Origin: Octopus sinensis
Taxonomy: Eukaryota
Direction of reading: 5' to 3'
NCBI RefSeq assembly: GCF_006345805.1
Contig: NW_021833116.1
Location: 1-64,000, forward strand
Length of the DNA: 64,000 bases
In this document: one piece after another, positions 62,850 to 64,000 of the stretch
Position numbering within the stretch: position 1 is the first letter of the stretch
Layout: each line of letters begins with the position of its first letter
Notes under the pieces: generated by a model
Databases searched by the model: none
What the model was told of the DNA's origin: nothing
What the model saw: the letters and a program-made list of their open reading frames with translations, nothing else
Translations under genes and position numbers: made by a program

Positions 62850-64000
62850 TTAATGTTTCCATTGTATAGTGGACAAATCGACCCCATCCTGAACCATCTC
62901 CCAAAGAGGACTACACAATAAGACCCCCCGTACCTCATTTCCCTCAGTTTATTGACCTTCTCGACCACCAAATCGACAGTATACTCCACCTGTGCTAATG
63001 TAGTAAACCTGCCTATTCCAAACCTACCAAACACTCCCCACCAACTACCGAATCGACGAATGAGCCAACTCCTCAGACGTAGCCAAGGCTCTCAGGACAT
63101 AGGACGGCTCGAGAGTACTCGACGTGCAGGCACTGCCACTACACAACCACCACTCCTAACCTCCCAGAGGAGACCGAAACATTCTTTATGGCCATCAACA
63201 GACTCTCCCCTTCCACACAACTGAAAGATATGTTCACACACCCTGCAATACACCCACACAACACACCCGGATATGAACGATCGGGGTCTCCATTTCTCTC
63301 CAGTTTGTCCAATCGAGAAAACAGTCCATCAACCAACACATTTCTGAGCATACTGACGTGTTTGTAGTCATACTAGAATAGACAACACACACCACCTCCA
63401 TCTCCTCCCCCGCGACCTTGGCAGCCTCCCCCAGTCCGACCACCAGACTGACCGGCAATGTCCCACTACGGAAACCCCGTTCCTGTCCTCCTCCACTCAT
63501 TTGGGGGGTCAGTCGCACCCTTTGAGCCCTATTCACAAAAAGTGCCCCAATCCCTTCCATATATCAACACAATACCCTTAGGACCGTATATTTTGTGCCC
63601 ACTGATAGACAGAAGGTCAATCTTGTCCTTTCTGACATCAACAGGCACCTTCCCGACCGTCTGGGCTGCATCGCAGTGAAAGAACACTTTATTCCGTCGA
63701 CACAACTCCCCTGCCAATGACAACCAACCCAAACCAATGTCCCCGATAGGCTGAACTACTCCTATTTCATTATGTACCCCCATTATCGACACCAAACACG
63801 TGTCGGGGGTGATCTCCGACTCCAATAACTACAATTCTCTACTTTCCGTGGAATACCTTCAGGTCGACGATCCCCTTCGTGTTGACGGGGAGGTAGGTGA
63901 CCCTGAAACCCTCACTTTCCAGAATCCTGCAGCAATCGAGGACACATTTGTGTTCCTGGGTTGTTTAGTTTTGTTTTTTACGATTTGTGATGTGATTATG
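62850..64000 (-). CDS. NFS1: Cysteine desulfurase NFS1, 5'-truncated by the window edge
   Basis: [65 protein letters not shown]. Confidence 0.95.

Overview
AT-rich eukaryotic DNA from an animal (SoxB, Egr-like, nAChR, Dok-like, ACK-like, TACC) that has cilia (IFT57). About 22 compact genes are split by spliceosomal micro-introns of mostly 23-30 nt, and gene-to-gene spacers can be as short as 59-260 bp. This architecture best fits a dicyemid mesozoan (inference, not a database result). Gene islands alternate with transposon-rich tracts. These hold one intact R4/Dong-like REL-endonuclease retrotransposon with a 13-bp TSD and a paralogous empty site, a near-complete PHD-finger CRE element, a twin-primed RTE insertion with a 13-bp TSD, and relics of CRE, RTE, CR1/L2-, I-like, pogo, Tc1, hAT and integrase elements. 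The most striking unexplained signal is a strand-composition flip inside most housekeeping genes: C/A-rich 5' half, G/T-rich 3' half, independent of gene orientation and shared by introns. Other highlights are an anion-selective-type nAChR alpha subunit, an ACK-like pseudokinase, an unannotated 55-aa Lys/Cys-rich protamine-like gene, and two genes whose ATG is split by an intron. No rRNA, tRNA or CRISPR array is supported. Exon structures and counts were worked out by eye. Single-base homopolymer frameshifts at 37.9-46.9 kb may be assembly errors.
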